Below are positions 36,551-46,450 of a stretch of DNA of 64,000 bases, piece after piece. Source of the DNA: an uncultured delta proteobacterium (GTDB lineage: Bacteria > Myxococcota > Myxococcia > Myxococcales > 40CM-4-68-19); NCBI GenBank assembly GCA_903911145.1, contig CAIWCD010000013.1, positions 1 through 64,000 of the forward strand, written 5' to 3'. The notes below the pieces were generated by a model that saw only the letters and a program-made list of their open reading frames with translations, was not told where the DNA came from and ran no database searches. Numbering within the stretch: position 1 is the stretch's first letter; each line of letters begins with the position of its first letter. Made by a program: the position numbers and the translations under genes.

Positions 36551-37807
36551 CTACTTTCCCAGTTCGACAGAGACGGTGTTCGCTGTGATGCCCTTCACCT
36601 TCAGCGAAAACTTGCCCAGCTTCTTCGCCTCGAGCTCCTGTCCGAAATCATCCGTCGAGCCGACCACCGTGACGTCAAACTCTGCGACACCGTCGCTGAA
36701 GCCGCGCGACTCAACGCCCTTCACGCCACGCACGAAGTTGATCAGGCCGCTCTTGAACTCGCCTGCCTGCTTGAGCGAGTCGACGTGTTTGACCGTCACA
36801 TGCACCGCAGTGCCGCCCGACACATCGCTCGACCATCGCTCGGCGATCTTCTGCGTGATCTCGGCAGCGAAGATCTTCGCCACAAGGTGGATGGCATCCT
36901 TGCCGCACGTCAGATCGTCGATCTGGCCACCCGCCTGCTTGGTCACCTCCGCGGTCGCGAGAATTTCTCCGTTGTCGGTGTTCACCGCGCGCGCGCTGAA
37001 GGTCGCCGCGCACGAACGATAGCCATCAGGCGTCCAATCGCTCTTGATCTCGCCCCGCGCAGTGGCGATCACCTGCCCGATGATGATCACCTCGGCGTGC
37101 GTGAGCGAGCCAAGCTTGCGGGCCTGGGCTGCAGTGATGCTGGTGGTGATGCCGCCAACGCTCGCCGCTTTCGTCTCCGCAATCTCCGGATCAATGAGCT
37201 GCTTGAAGCCCGCCTTACGCAGCTCATCAAGCACCACATTTTCACCGATGCGCAGATCCGCAGAGACGACCGTGCTCTCGTGCGTCATCCACGACGCGGC
37301 AGGCGCGGCCATCCCGATGTTCTGCTCAGCGATGAGCAGCATCGTGCGAGGCATGCCCTTGCGCTGCATCAAGAGGCCCATCGCCGCGAGATCCTTGTCG
37401 AGCGCGCCAATGCTCACTTCTGCGCGGATGGTGATCTGCACGACGTCGCCGTCCATCGCTTCCTTCGTGATGCTGTACTTGCGTACGTAGCCGGCAGACT
37501 GGGTCAGCACCTGATCCATCTTCGTCTGGAAATCCTGCACGTCGGTCGTGCTGGTGACCTGCGTGCCGACCGCCATCTGCACGGCCTGGCGAAGCGCGTC
37601 CTGAATCGCCTTCTCGCGCGCGGCCGCTTTGTCCCCAGCGAGCACGGAGGCCTGCCCCTGCGCCTCCTGGATCTGCGTCTGCGCAGCAGCGGTCGCGGGG
37701 GCGCTGTCAGCAGGCGCATCGGCGCGAGCGGCCGGTACCGTAAAGAGTGCGGCGAGTGAAGTGAGCGAGAGGATCGCAGCGGCGAGGGCCTGGATGTGCG
37801 TGCGCAT
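36551..37807 (-). CDS. FlgT (flagellar assembly protein T) N-terminal-like exported protein
   Basis: EAQGQA...AAREKAIQDALRQAVQMAVGTQVTS...GYVRKYSI; TolB/CsgG-like middle domain. Confidence 0.75.
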   Translation of the reverse strand: MRTHIQALAAAILSLTSLAALFTVPAARADAPADSAPATAAAQTQIQEAQGQASVLAGDKAAAREKAIQDALRQAVQMAVGTQVTSTTDVQDFQTKMDQVLTQSAGYVRKYSITKEAMDGDVVQITIRAEVSIGALDKDLAAMGLLMQRKGMPRTMLLIAEQNIGMAAPAASWMTHESTVVSADLRIGENVVLDELRKAGFKQLIDPEIAETKAASVGGITTSITAAQARKLGSLTHAEVIIIGQVIATARGEIKSDWTPDGYRSCAATFSARAVNTDNGEILATAEVTKQAGGQIDDLTCGKDAIHLVAKIFAAEITQKIAERWSSDVSGGTAVHVTVKHVDSLKQAGEFKSGLINFVRGVKGVESRGFSDGVAEFDVTVVGSTDDFGQELEAKKLGKFSLKVKGITANTVSVELGK

Positions 37808-37843
37808 GACGGGCGTTCTCCGGTTCAAGTCGAGTGCGAAAAG

Positions 37844-38698
37844 TCAGTTGGCGCGCGGATGCAGATGCGCGCGAAGCTCAGGCGGGAGCTGATCGATCGG
37901 CAGCTCGACATCGAGCGCAACGCCGCCATCAGAGTAATAGTGTACTTTTGACACGAAGTATCCGCGCAGCGCTCCATCGACCTTCGTGCGCAGCGCAGGA
38001 TCGGCCTCGAGCATCTTGCCAACCTCCGCGTCGCCCGACGAGAGCGCCGCGAGCAGAACCTTGAGCGCGTCGAGGCGCGCGGCCCGTTCAGCCCCGATGC
38101 GCGCGACCGCGATCGACGCGGCATTGAGATCAGGTACACCTTGCCCGCGCGCCTGCACGACGATCTTCGCGCCACGCTCGACAATCGCTGGAGGCTGCTT
38201 CGCCTGCGCGGGGCTCCTGCTCTTCTCCTCAGACGCAGCAGGAAGGGACGCGGGGCCTGGCGCCGCGTCCGCAACTCCAGCCGGCGCGCTCGGCAGTTTC
38301 GCGATCAACGCCGCAGGCAGCTTGTCGAGATCGACCTCGACATCGAGCGCGACGCCGCCGTCCGAATAGTAGTGCGGCGAAACGATGCGAAAGCCGCGCA
38401 GCGTCCCCTCGACCTGCGCGCGCAGTCCATTGTCGCTCTGCAGCAGCGTGCCGAGCTTGTCGCCACTCGCGAGCGAAACACCTTTGAGCGTCTCGAGCAG
38501 ATTGCGAAACGCGTCGGCCTTCGCCGCCTTCTCCGCACCGAGCCGCGCAGCAGAGACTGAGGGCGCATTGAGATCGGGCGCGCCCTGGCCGTGCGCCTTG
38601 ATCGTCCGGTGCTGCCAATCAATCTCCCCCGTCGATTCAGCGCGCAGAAGCGACGGCGACAGACAGATCAGCGCGACCACAAAAATACGGCCAATCAT
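37844..38698 (-). CDS. LPP20-like exported protein with duplicated domain
   Basis: Two copies of (A/Q)xGQGxPDLNAxSxxxARxGAExAA...HYYSDGGVALDVE separated by a Pro/Ala linker. Confidence 0.72.
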   Translation of the reverse strand: MIGRIFVVALICLSPSLLRAESTGEIDWQHRTIKAHGQGAPDLNAPSVSAARLGAEKAAKADAFRNLLETLKGVSLASGDKLGTLLQSDNGLRAQVEGTLRGFRIVSPHYYSDGGVALDVEVDLDKLPAALIAKLPSAPAGVADAAPGPASLPAASEEKSRSPAQAKQPPAIVERGAKIVVQARGQGVPDLNAASIAVARIGAERAARLDALKVLLAALSSGDAEVGKMLEADPALRTKVDGALRGYFVSKVHYYSDGGVALDVELPIDQLPPELRAHLHPRAN

Positions 38699-38814
38699 TC
38701 GGACTCCCCTTGGCTGCACCAGTTCCCTGCCCCCCATCTACACCACGAACGCCGCGAGCGGGTCTGTGCGCTCGCTCACGTTTCGCGTCCGGCAATACCA
38801 TTGACTCACGAGCG

Positions 38815-40062
38815 CTAGAAAGCCCAGCCAATCCCGCCGACCGCCACCAACTCGAGATTGCCCTGGCGGATCAGTCCATCGACCTCCAGCCGGAACGTCA
38901 GGCCACGCCAAGGCTGTACAAGCAGTCCGCCGCCAAAGTCCGCGACGGGCTGCGTTCCGCTCGAGGAGAGCGACGATGCGGCCGCGTTCACATCCTGCAG
39001 GACCAACTGCGTCTGTTCGATCACGAGGCCCCCGCCACCACCAGCGAAGAGCGACACGGGTCCGAGAGGGAGCACGCCGAAGAGACGCGCGTCGAAGAGC
39101 AGATGTGAAGCCGATGCGCTCGCGTAGGCATTCCCGCTGCTGCCGCTCGAGCGCAGGCCGCGGACGTCGAGCTGGAGCCAGCGCACGATCGCGACGCTGA
39201 AGGAAAGGCCGTACGTCGCCTGCCATTCGCGGCTCTGCCCATCCGAGGGCATCTTCGCCCAGGCTCCGCCTAGCCCCAACAGCGTGAAGCGCCGGACCGA
39301 GGCGCGTTCGGTCGGCTGCTCATCGCTCTGGGAACGGACGTGCTGCTCTTCATCGATCGCAAGCACGTGGCTCTGCGAGCCTTGCTGGGAGCGGCTCAGC
39401 GCGATCGGAGCGGGCGGCGGACTCTCCTGCCGGCGTCGCTCTGGTTGCTCGATCACACCATCGTTGTCGGGATCGATGGTCGCCGCCTTGGGCACGACGA
39501 CGGGATTGGGCGCGCGGCGAGGAGGCTCCGCGGGTTGCTCCGGAAGAGAATCGATGGCAGGCGCGTCACGGGATGGCGCAAGTGGAGCGATCGGCGCGGC
39601 CCGCTGCGGCGGCGGACGTTCGGGCTCGATGTGCGGCAGCGGCGGCAGCGCTTCGTAGTGATGCTTCGTTGCCTTCTTCGCGGGGGGCGCCGACTCGCGC
39701 TCGACCTCGTGCTCCTCCTGCTGTGGAGCCACTTGCGGTGCGCTTTTCCGCTTCCGCTTCGAGACCCGACTCGGGGCCTCATCGCTCGATTCATCGCGGT
39801 TCGTCTCGGCGCGCTTCCTCGTCTTCGTCTGGTGCCACGGCCGCGAAGGCTCATCCGATTGCGTCTCTGCACGCTTCTTCGTCGCTGGCTTGTGCGTCGG
39901 CGTCGAAGGCTCCTCCGATGCGCCGCTCTTCGACGGCGCATCCGGAATCCAGAACGGAGTCGGCTCTTCCTGCGCAAGCAACATGCGCGGAGCCGCCACC
40001 AGCACGGAGATGAGCACGATCGCGCCTGTGAGCGACCGACGAATTCCAGGACGGGGAGTCAC
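38815..40062 (-). CDS. Exported protein with Pro/charged disordered N-region and C-terminal outer-membrane beta-barrel
   Basis: Signal peptide, alternating-pattern strands, terminal GGIGWAF. Confidence 0.72.
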   Translation of the reverse strand: MTPRPGIRRSLTGAIVLISVLVAAPRMLLAQEEPTPFWIPDAPSKSGASEEPSTPTHKPATKKRAETQSDEPSRPWHQTKTRKRAETNRDESSDEAPSRVSKRKRKSAPQVAPQQEEHEVERESAPPAKKATKHHYEALPPLPHIEPERPPPQRAAPIAPLAPSRDAPAIDSLPEQPAEPPRRAPNPVVVPKAATIDPDNDGVIEQPERRRQESPPPAPIALSRSQQGSQSHVLAIDEEQHVRSQSDEQPTERASVRRFTLLGLGGAWAKMPSDGQSREWQATYGLSFSVAIVRWLQLDVRGLRSSGSSGNAYASASASHLLFDARLFGVLPLGPVSLFAGGGGGLVIEQTQLVLQDVNAAASSLSSSGTQPVADFGGGLLVQPWRGLTFRLEVDGLIRQGNLELVAVGGIGWAF

Positions 40063-41312
40063 TGGCAGCTCTGAGTGGGCGCGTTGATGCCGATCAAATT
40101 GCAGCTCGGCAGATCGGTCACCGAGAGCGACTTGAAGCGGTCGAGAAAATCTCCGCAGAGCGTCCCCTGCTGATCGCTCGACGTTGCCGATACGACCGCG
40201 TCGAGTGCAGCGGCGAGGTCGAGCTTGTTGCCATTGTCACTCTGGGCTGCGGCGACTCCGGAGAGCGACGCGAGCAGGCCTGTGGCCACCGCAGTTGAAT
40301 CTCCACTCTGCGCGGCGTCCCAGAGCGAATAGGCGAGCACGGTGCCAAGCGGATACGGATCGTAGGGCACCACACTGTCGGGAACATCGAGCGCCTGCAG
40401 CATCGCGCTGGTGCCGCAGCGAAGCTGATCGAGCGCTCGCGCGCCTGCCGTCTGCTGCAGCGAGTGATCGAACCAGCGCGGATCCTGCGTGATGATCGCG
40501 CCGAGGAAATCGGCGATGCCCATCCGCACAGACTGCGCGACGTGAATCGCAGTCAGCGCGCCCGGGTCATCCGGTGACACAGCGGTCGCCGGATCGACTG
40601 GGGCGCCAGACCAGATGACCTGCTGGTAGGCCTGCAGGCCGACCGCGTGCGCGACCGCGCCGAGATTCAGCTGCGGAGGCAACTGCTGCTGCGCGGTGAC
40701 CGGCGGAAGAAAGAACGCGTTGAGCGGCGCGAGGAAGAGTTCGCCGTCGCCGAGCGGCGACAGTCCGTTCCCGTCACGCACATTCGTGTGGGCGAATATC
40801 GGAGACGCAGAGAGATTGGTGAAGCCGAACCCCGCCAGTTGCGCGCGCGTCTTCTCCAGCGCGGCATAGAACGAGAGCAACTCGAGTGCGTCGTAATCCT
40901 CGGGGTAGATGAGGCCGTTGGCGGTATTGAACTCGATCGTCACTGGACCGGGAATGCCGGTGAACGATTGCGCGCGCAGCGACGAAACGGTCGCGCCCTG
41001 GGCGCTCACGCGCTGCGCAGAGAGAACGACAGAACCGCCAGCCTCGACGTTGCCGGAAGTTCCCTGCAGCGTCCGCAGACTCGTGACCGTGCGCAGAGGT
41101 ACTTGCGCCAGCTTGTAGACCTGCGTGCCAGGGTCCCACGCAATCACCACCGCGGAGAACGGCGAAGCCTGATCCGGTGCACAAGCGATGAGCGGCAGCG
41201 CAATCGAAGAGAGGCAGCACAGCGCCAGCGCGAGGCGCGAACTCAAACCGCGAGGTCGGGATGGCAACATGAGATGCGATTGAGCGAGCCTCATCGCGGC
41301 GCAGGCTAACAC
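40059..41312 (-). CDS. Hypothetical lipoprotein, possibly degenerate M4/M36-like peptidase fold
   Basis: Lipobox LIAC; GAVAHAVGLQ and MGIADFLG occupy the positions of HExxH and EGxAD but lack the catalytic residues. Confidence 0.7.
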   Translation of the reverse strand: MLACAAMRLAQSHLMLPSRPRGLSSRLALALCCLSSIALPLIACAPDQASPFSAVVIAWDPGTQVYKLAQVPLRTVTSLRTLQGTSGNVEAGGSVVLSAQRVSAQGATVSSLRAQSFTGIPGPVTIEFNTANGLIYPEDYDALELLSFYAALEKTRAQLAGFGFTNLSASPIFAHTNVRDGNGLSPLGDGELFLAPLNAFFLPPVTAQQQLPPQLNLGAVAHAVGLQAYQQVIWSGAPVDPATAVSPDDPGALTAIHVAQSVRMGIADFLGAIITQDPRWFDHSLQQTAGARALDQLRCGTSAMLQALDVPDSVVPYDPYPLGTVLAYSLWDAAQSGDSTAVATGLLASLSGVAAAQSDNGNKLDLAAALDAVVSATSSDQQGTLCGDFLDRFKSLSVTDLPSCNLIGINAPTQSCQ

Positions 41313-41348
41313 TCATTCTCCTCTGTCCGCCGCTTCCTGACCGACCAC

Positions 41349-41393
41349 GAAACGACGAAGGCGGCTCCCCTCTCGAGGCGCCGCCTTCTCGTC
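41349..41393 (-). terminator. Intrinsic terminator-like hairpin after rplQ
   Basis: GAAGGCGGC...GCCGCCTTC stem followed by GTCGTTTC on minus strand. Confidence 0.65.
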
Positions 41394-41432
41394 AATCCAG
41401 ATGCCCTCGACTACGTCGAGAGCGCCGATCGA

Positions 41433-41963
41433 CTACTTCGTCTCTGCCTCCGCGGCCTTCTTGGCCTTTGGTGCCTTGGGCGCCTTCTCGGCCTTCGGAG
41501 CCTTCTCAGCCTTCGGGGCCTTCTCGGCCTTCGGAGCTGCCTCGGCCTTCGGGGCTGCGGCCTTCGCTGCCTTGTCGTCGGCCGGCTCGGCCGCGACCTT
41601 CTCGCTCTTCTCGACCAGCTCGAGGATCGACATCGGCGCATTGTCGCCGACGCGGTTCGAGGTGTGGATCATCCGCGTGTAACCACCCGGACGGGTCTTG
41701 AAGCGCGGCGCGATGGTCTCGAAGAGCTTGGCGAGCGCCGCCTGGTCGCGAACGGTGCGGTGCACGTGGCGCCGCGCCGCGAGCGTGCCAACGCGCGCCT
41801 GCGTGATGATCTTCTCGACGACCCGGCGAGTCTCCTTCGCCTTCGGCGTCGTGGTGGTGATGCTCTCCTCGAGAATCACCGCGCGGATCAGGTTGCGCAG
41901 CAGCGCCTTGCGGTGGCTCGTGTTCCGGCTCAGCTTGCGGCCGGTGTTCATGTGACGCGACAT
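41433..41963 (-). CDS. rplQ: 50S ribosomal protein L17 with Lys/Ala/Pro-rich tail
   Basis: [37 protein letters not shown]. Confidence 0.98.
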   Translation of the reverse strand: MSRHMNTGRKLSRNTSHRKALLRNLIRAVILEESITTTTPKAKETRRVVEKIITQARVGTLAARRHVHRTVRDQAALAKLFETIAPRFKTRPGGYTRMIHTSNRVGDNAPMSILELVEKSEKVAAEPADDKAAKAAAPKAEAAPKAEKAPKAEKAPKAEKAPKAPKAKKAAEAETK

Positions 41964-42006
41964 GGGTCTCTCCTCAACAACGCGTGCTTAAAAAGTGGGG
42001 CGCGAA

Positions 42007-43047
42007 CTACTGCTTGACGGCGGCGGCGGCCGGCGGCGGAGCGGAGACAGGAGCCTTCGGCGGCCAGCTCTCGAGCTTCATGCCGAGCGAGAGGCCCATC
42101 TCCGCGAGGATTTCCTTGATCTCCTTCAGCGACTTGCGGCCGAAGTTCTTCGTCTTGAGCATGTCGGCTTCGCTCTTCTGCACCAGGTCGCCGATCGACT
42201 TGATGTTGGCGTTCTGCAGGCAGTTCGCCGAGCGGACCGAGAGCTCGAGCTCGTCGACCGAGCGGAAGAGGTTCTCGTTGAGCTTCTCCTCGCTCTTCAC
42301 GGCAATCTCGACCGGCGCGGGCTCGTGCGCTTCGTCGAAGTTGATGAAGATGCCGAGCTGCTCCTTGATGATCTTCGCCGCGTAGGCGACCGCGTCCTGC
42401 GGACCGATCGAGCCGTTGGTCCAGATCTCGAGCGAGAGGCGATCGTAGTCGGTGACCTGGCCGACGCGGGCGTTGGTGACCTGGTAGTTCACCTTACGGA
42501 CCGGGCTGAACACGGAGTCAACGGGGATCGCACCGATGGGCGCGCCCGGAACCTTGTTGCGCTCGGCAGGGACGTAGCCACGGCCGCGGCGGCAGGTCAT
42601 CTCCATGCGCACGCGCCCGCCCTCGGAGAGCGTGAAGAGGTGGTGACCCGGGTTGAGGACTTCGATGTCCTGGTCGACGATGATGTCGCCGACCGTGACT
42701 TCCTTCGGCCCCTCGACCTCGATGCGGATCGTCTTCTCCTCGAGGGTGTGCATGCGCAGCAGGCACTCCTTGAGGTTCAGGATGATGTCGGTGACGTCTT
42801 CGGCGACGTTCGGAATCGTGGTGAACTCGTGCTCGACGCCCTCGATCTTCATCGAGGTGATCGCGGCGCCCTGGAGGCTCGAGAGCAGCACGCGGCGGAG
42901 CGCGTTGCCCAGCGTCAGCCCGAAGCCACGCTCGAGCGGCTCGGCGACGAACTTGCCGTAGGTATCAGAGAGCGAATCCTGGTCGACATGAATGCCGCGG
43001 GGCTTGATCAGGTCGCGCCAGTTCTTCGTCATCAGTGCGTCTGCCAT
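42007..43047 (-). CDS. rpoA: RNA polymerase alpha subunit
   Basis: [39 protein letters not shown]. Confidence 0.99.
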   Translation of the reverse strand: MADALMTKNWRDLIKPRGIHVDQDSLSDTYGKFVAEPLERGFGLTLGNALRRVLLSSLQGAAITSMKIEGVEHEFTTIPNVAEDVTDIILNLKECLLRMHTLEEKTIRIEVEGPKEVTVGDIIVDQDIEVLNPGHHLFTLSEGGRVRMEMTCRRGRGYVPAERNKVPGAPIGAIPVDSVFSPVRKVNYQVTNARVGQVTDYDRLSLEIWTNGSIGPQDAVAYAAKIIKEQLGIFINFDEAHEPAPVEIAVKSEEKLNENLFRSVDELELSVRSANCLQNANIKSIGDLVQKSEADMLKTKNFGRKSLKEIKEILAEMGLSLGMKLESWPPKAPVSAPPPAAAAVKQ

Positions 43048-43187
43048 GGTGTTGCTCCTTCAAGCCGCCGACCCTCTCCTCGAGACATTCGAGGCTCCAT
43101 TGGGAAGCGCGGACAGTTGGTGTGCTGCAAAAGCGATGAAGCCCGAGTGCGGATTGAAGTCCGCGCCTCGAGCTTCAGGACCGTCGA

Positions 43188-43814
43188 CTACTTCGAGTAC
43201 AACTCGACGATCAGCTGCTCCTGGATCGGCATCGTGATGTCGTCGCGCGACGGCGAGGCCTTGACCGTGCCCTTGAAGGCAGTCTTGTCGAGGTCGAGCC
43301 ATGCCGGGACGCCGCGGCGATCCACTGCCTCGATCGCCTCGTTGATGCGGACGATCTTCTGGCTGCGCTCCTTGACCGCGACCACATCGCCGACCTTCAC
43401 CTGGAAGGAGGGAATGTTGACCTTGCGGTCGTTGACGCGGAAGTGGCCGTGGCGAACCAACTGGCGCGCCTCTGCGCGGGTGTCGGCGAAGCCGAGGCGG
43501 AAGACGACGTTGTCGAGGCGCTGCTCGAGATACGTGAGCAGGTTCTCGCCCGTCTTGCCCTTGGCTGCGGCGCCGCGGCGATAGTAGCCACGGAACTGCG
43601 TCTCGAGCAGACCGTACAGGCGCTTGACCTTCTGCTTCTCGCGAAGCTGCACGCCGTACTCGGAGAACTTGGTGCGACCCTGGCCGTGCTGGCCAGGCGG
43701 ATACGGACGGCGCTCGATGGCGCACTTCTCCGTGTAGCAGCGGTCGCCCTTCAGATACATCTTGAGGTTTTCACGCCGGCAGATGCGGCAGGCGGAACCG
43801 GTATAGCGGGCCAT
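43188..43814 (-). CDS. rpsD: 30S ribosomal protein S4 (Zn-binding Cys form)
   Basis: [39 protein letters not shown]. Confidence 0.99.
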   Translation of the reverse strand: MARYTGSACRICRRENLKMYLKGDRCYTEKCAIERRPYPPGQHGQGRTKFSEYGVQLREKQKVKRLYGLLETQFRGYYRRGAAAKGKTGENLLTYLEQRLDNVVFRLGFADTRAEARQLVRHGHFRVNDRKVNIPSFQVKVGDVVAVKERSQKIVRINEAIEAVDRRGVPAWLDLDKTAFKGTVKASPSRDDITMPIQEQLIVELYSK

Positions 43815-43878
43815 GGTGGCTCCTGTTGCTTATCGAAAAATCGGTAATTCGGTTATCGAAAAGATCCGACGAGAGTGA

Positions 43879-44328
43879 CTAAACGCGACGGCGCTTCGCC
43901 GGACGGCAGCCATTGTGCGGGATGGGCGTGATGTCACGGATGAGCGAGACCTTGAGGCCGGCAGCGGCCAGCGCGCGGAGCGCCGATTCGCGACCTGCGC
44001 CCGGGCCCTTGACCAGCACCGAGACGTTCTTGAGGCCGTGCTCCATCGCCTTGGCGGCGGCGTCACCGGCAGCAACCTGCGCGGCGAACGGCGTCGACTT
44101 GCGCGAACCCTTGAAGCCGCGCGCACCAGCCGACGACCAGGAGAGAACGTTCCCGGAGACGTCGGTGATGGTGATGATGGTGTTGTTGAACGTCGACTGG
44201 ATGTAGACGATTCCAGTGAGGATGTTCTTCTTGTTCTTCTTCTTCGCCTTCTTGTCCTTCGAGGCGGAGTCCGCAGCCGCGGCAGTCGCGGGAGCGGCAA
44301 CAGAGGGAAGCGTGGGCGTGTCGGCCAT
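43879..44328 (-). CDS. rpsK: 30S ribosomal protein S11
   Basis: [34 protein letters not shown]. Confidence 0.99.
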   Translation of the reverse strand: MADTPTLPSVAAPATAAAADSASKDKKAKKKNKKNILTGIVYIQSTFNNTIITITDVSGNVLSWSSAGARGFKGSRKSTPFAAQVAAGDAAAKAMEHGLKNVSVLVKGPGAGRESALRALAAAGLKVSLIRDITPIPHNGCRPAKRRRV

Positions 44329-44381
44329 CGTGTTGATCCTTGCCGTTTACCGAAAATTAAAAAGAGAAGTCGAGGAGCCGC

Positions 44382-44765
44382 TTACTTCGCGGCCGGTGCG
44401 GCGGCGCGACGGACGATGCCGCGCTTCGGACCCTTGCGGGTACGCGCATTGGTGTGCGTGCGCTGGCCGCGGCAGGGGAGACCCTTGCGGTGACGCAGGC
44501 CGCGGTAGCAACCGAGGTCCATCAGGCGCTTGATGTTGAGCGAGACCTCGCGGCGGAGATCGCCTTCGATCTTGAGGCTCTTCTCGATCGCCTCGCGGAT
44601 GCGGTGCACCTCGTCGTCGACCAGGTCCTTGGTGCGCTTGGTCGGCTCCACCTTGGCCTCAGCGCAGAGATTCCGCGCCGTGGTCCGGCCGATGCCGTAG
44701 AGGTACGTGAGCGAGATCTGGATCTGCTTCTCGCGAGGAAGGTCGACACCTGAGATGCGCGCCAT
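44382..44765 (-). CDS. rpsM: 30S ribosomal protein S13
   Basis: [37 protein letters not shown]. Confidence 0.99.
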   Translation of the reverse strand: MARISGVDLPREKQIQISLTYLYGIGRTTARNLCAEAKVEPTKRTKDLVDDEVHRIREAIEKSLKIEGDLRREVSLNIKRLMDLGCYRGLRHRKGLPCRGQRTHTNARTRKGPKRGIVRRAAAPAAK

Positions 44766-44774
44766 GGATGCTCC

Positions 44775-44891
44775 TTAACCTTGCCGCTGCTTGTGACGGG
44801 GATTCGCGGCGCAGATCACGCGAACGACGCCCTTGCGGCGGATAACCTTGCACTTCACGCAAATCTTCTTCACCGATGCGCGGACCTTCAT
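44775..44891 (-). CDS. rpmJ: 50S ribosomal protein L36
   Basis: [46 protein letters not shown]. Confidence 0.98.
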   Translation of the reverse strand: MKVRASVKKICVKCKVIRRKGVVRVICAANPRHKQRQG

Positions 44892-45089
44892 GCGGTCCTC
44901 CAGACAGAAGAGACGAGCGAAACTTGTGGTCCCGAGCGCCCGTGAAGGCGGTTCGAGTCCGGGAAACATCCGCTCCGGAAACGCCGGAGCACCGCTTGCT
45001 GCACAACCTGTTTCCTTCGCGCCGCACCCCAACTGCCTTCTGCTCTTGCGAGCGTCTGGCTGGGGCCACCCCGGCACGAGGGAGGCGGG

Positions 45090-45118
45090 CATTTAGCAAA
45101 GGGCGTGTGGGCTGTCAA
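45090..45118 (-). promoter_or_regulatory. Sigma70-type promoter of the rpmJ-rplQ operon
   Basis: TTGACA-17 bp-TAAATG followed by a GC-rich discriminator GCCCGCC. Confidence 0.7.
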
Positions 45119-45152
45119 GCTCTGTCGTGGTTGACGGTGACAAATATTTACG

Positions 45153-45252
45153 GCAGGCGGCCCCGATCCATTTTTCCGTGCTCGCTGCTCGGTTCCCGCA
45201 AGGGGAACCTCCGCGGCTGTGCGCGGCAAAAATGGATCGGCCTCCCGCCTGT
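45153..45252 (+). other. About 100-nt rod-like hairpin (candidate ncRNA or REP-like element)
   Basis: Nested arms incl. perfect 13-bp CCGATCCATTTTT/AAAAATGGATCGG, apical GGTTCCC-GCAA-GGGGAACC. Confidence 0.55.
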
Positions 45253-45373
45253 CTGTGTATCTCGCTCGCGGCGTCGACACCGTGGGCGCTTGAGCAGTCC
45301 ACGCCCGGGGGGGGACCGATCAACAGCGGGTGGGGTCTCGAGCGGTGCATCGAGACAAACCGAGCCTCTCGAA

Positions 45374-45772
45374 CTAACGCCCTGCGGTGTTGTGCGACGC
45401 AACCATGATTCCGAAAGCAAGAAACGACGAGAGCAGGGCCAGCACGATGCCGACGCAGCCAGCGGCGAACTGGCCGCCATTGCCCTCCCTGATGGCGATG
45501 GCTCCGGATGCGAACGCAATGACCTCGATCACGACGATGAGAGCAAAGGCATCCGTGTTGCCTGCGACCAATAACGTAATACCGACGGCGACAATCGGCG
45601 CAACGATCGCAATTTTCGCTTCACGCGGAGCGCCGGCCGTCACCTCGTCTCTCGCGCGCGGAGCTGCGTCGCGCTCGGCCTCGCTCAGCGCGAATGAGCA
45701 AGGGGTGCAGAGGAGCGATTCGCCGCGGATGACGGAGATTGGGGCGTCGCAGCGAGTGCAGCGCTGAAGCAT
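45374..45772 (-). CDS. Small membrane protein with N-terminal CxxC...CxxC zinc ribbon
   Basis: RCTRC...LCTPC then three hydrophobic helices. Confidence 0.65.
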   Translation of the reverse strand: MLQRCTRCDAPISVIRGESLLCTPCSFALSEAERDAAPRARDEVTAGAPREAKIAIVAPIVAVGITLLVAGNTDAFALIVVIEVIAFASGAIAIREGNGGQFAAGCVGIVLALLSSFLAFGIMVASHNTAGR

Positions 45773-45841
45773 GGAGAAGCTCCCGGAGAACGAATGGGCG
45801 CTGCGGATATCGTCATCGAGACGCGCACACAATGACGCGCG

Positions 45842-46072
45842 TCACACCGGGCGGTTCTCGCGCTGCGCGCCCCACCAGCGGTGCAGCGAGGCGAGGGTCC
45901 AGAAGATCTCGACGACGCCGAAGGGCCAGGCGCCCTGGAGGAATCCGTAGACGGAGCTGAGGGCGCAGCCGAGAGCGAAGCCGAGGATGTACCAGTGGCT
46001 GCGCTTCTCGAGGGCGTAGCAGACGAGTGTGCCCGTGACGGAGGCAAGGCCGAAGAGCGTGAGGCGATCCAT
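45842..46072 (-). CDS. Small hydrophobic membrane protein
   Basis: YALEKRS...YGFLQGAWPFGVVE, three TM segments. Confidence 0.8.
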   Translation of the reverse strand: MDRLTLFGLASVTGTLVCYALEKRSHWYILGFALGCALSSVYGFLQGAWPFGVVEIFWTLASLHRWWGAQRENRPV

Positions 46073-46450
46073 GGGAGCGTCCTATGCCTGCTCACCGCGG
46101 CCGATGCCACGGGCTTCGCGTGAGCGATGCTTGATGGTGATTCGCGTGCAATGCGGCCGGCCGGAACAATGGCGATTCGGGCGCTCCAGTCTGCACGGCA
46201 CTGGCCTTACAAGCGCAGCACGGACAATAGCGCATACGGGAAGAAATCAGGCGCGCAGATCGTCAATCACCAGAGAGCAGCGAGGGCTCTCTGCCTATCG
46301 GGAGGAACCGCGCGTGGCCCCAACTGCGAACTGTTTGGGTTCGCCGTGCAGCCCTGTGCGGAACATCACAGAAATATTCTTGACGGGGATCCAGAGTGGC
46401 CGCAGAAATTCAACACTAGTTAACTATCCTTCGCCTCCGCGGCGCAGGCA

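Noticed and set aside
45153..45252. SRP or 6S RNA
   Set aside because: Lacks the SRP domain IV consensus; too short and without the central bubble of 6S
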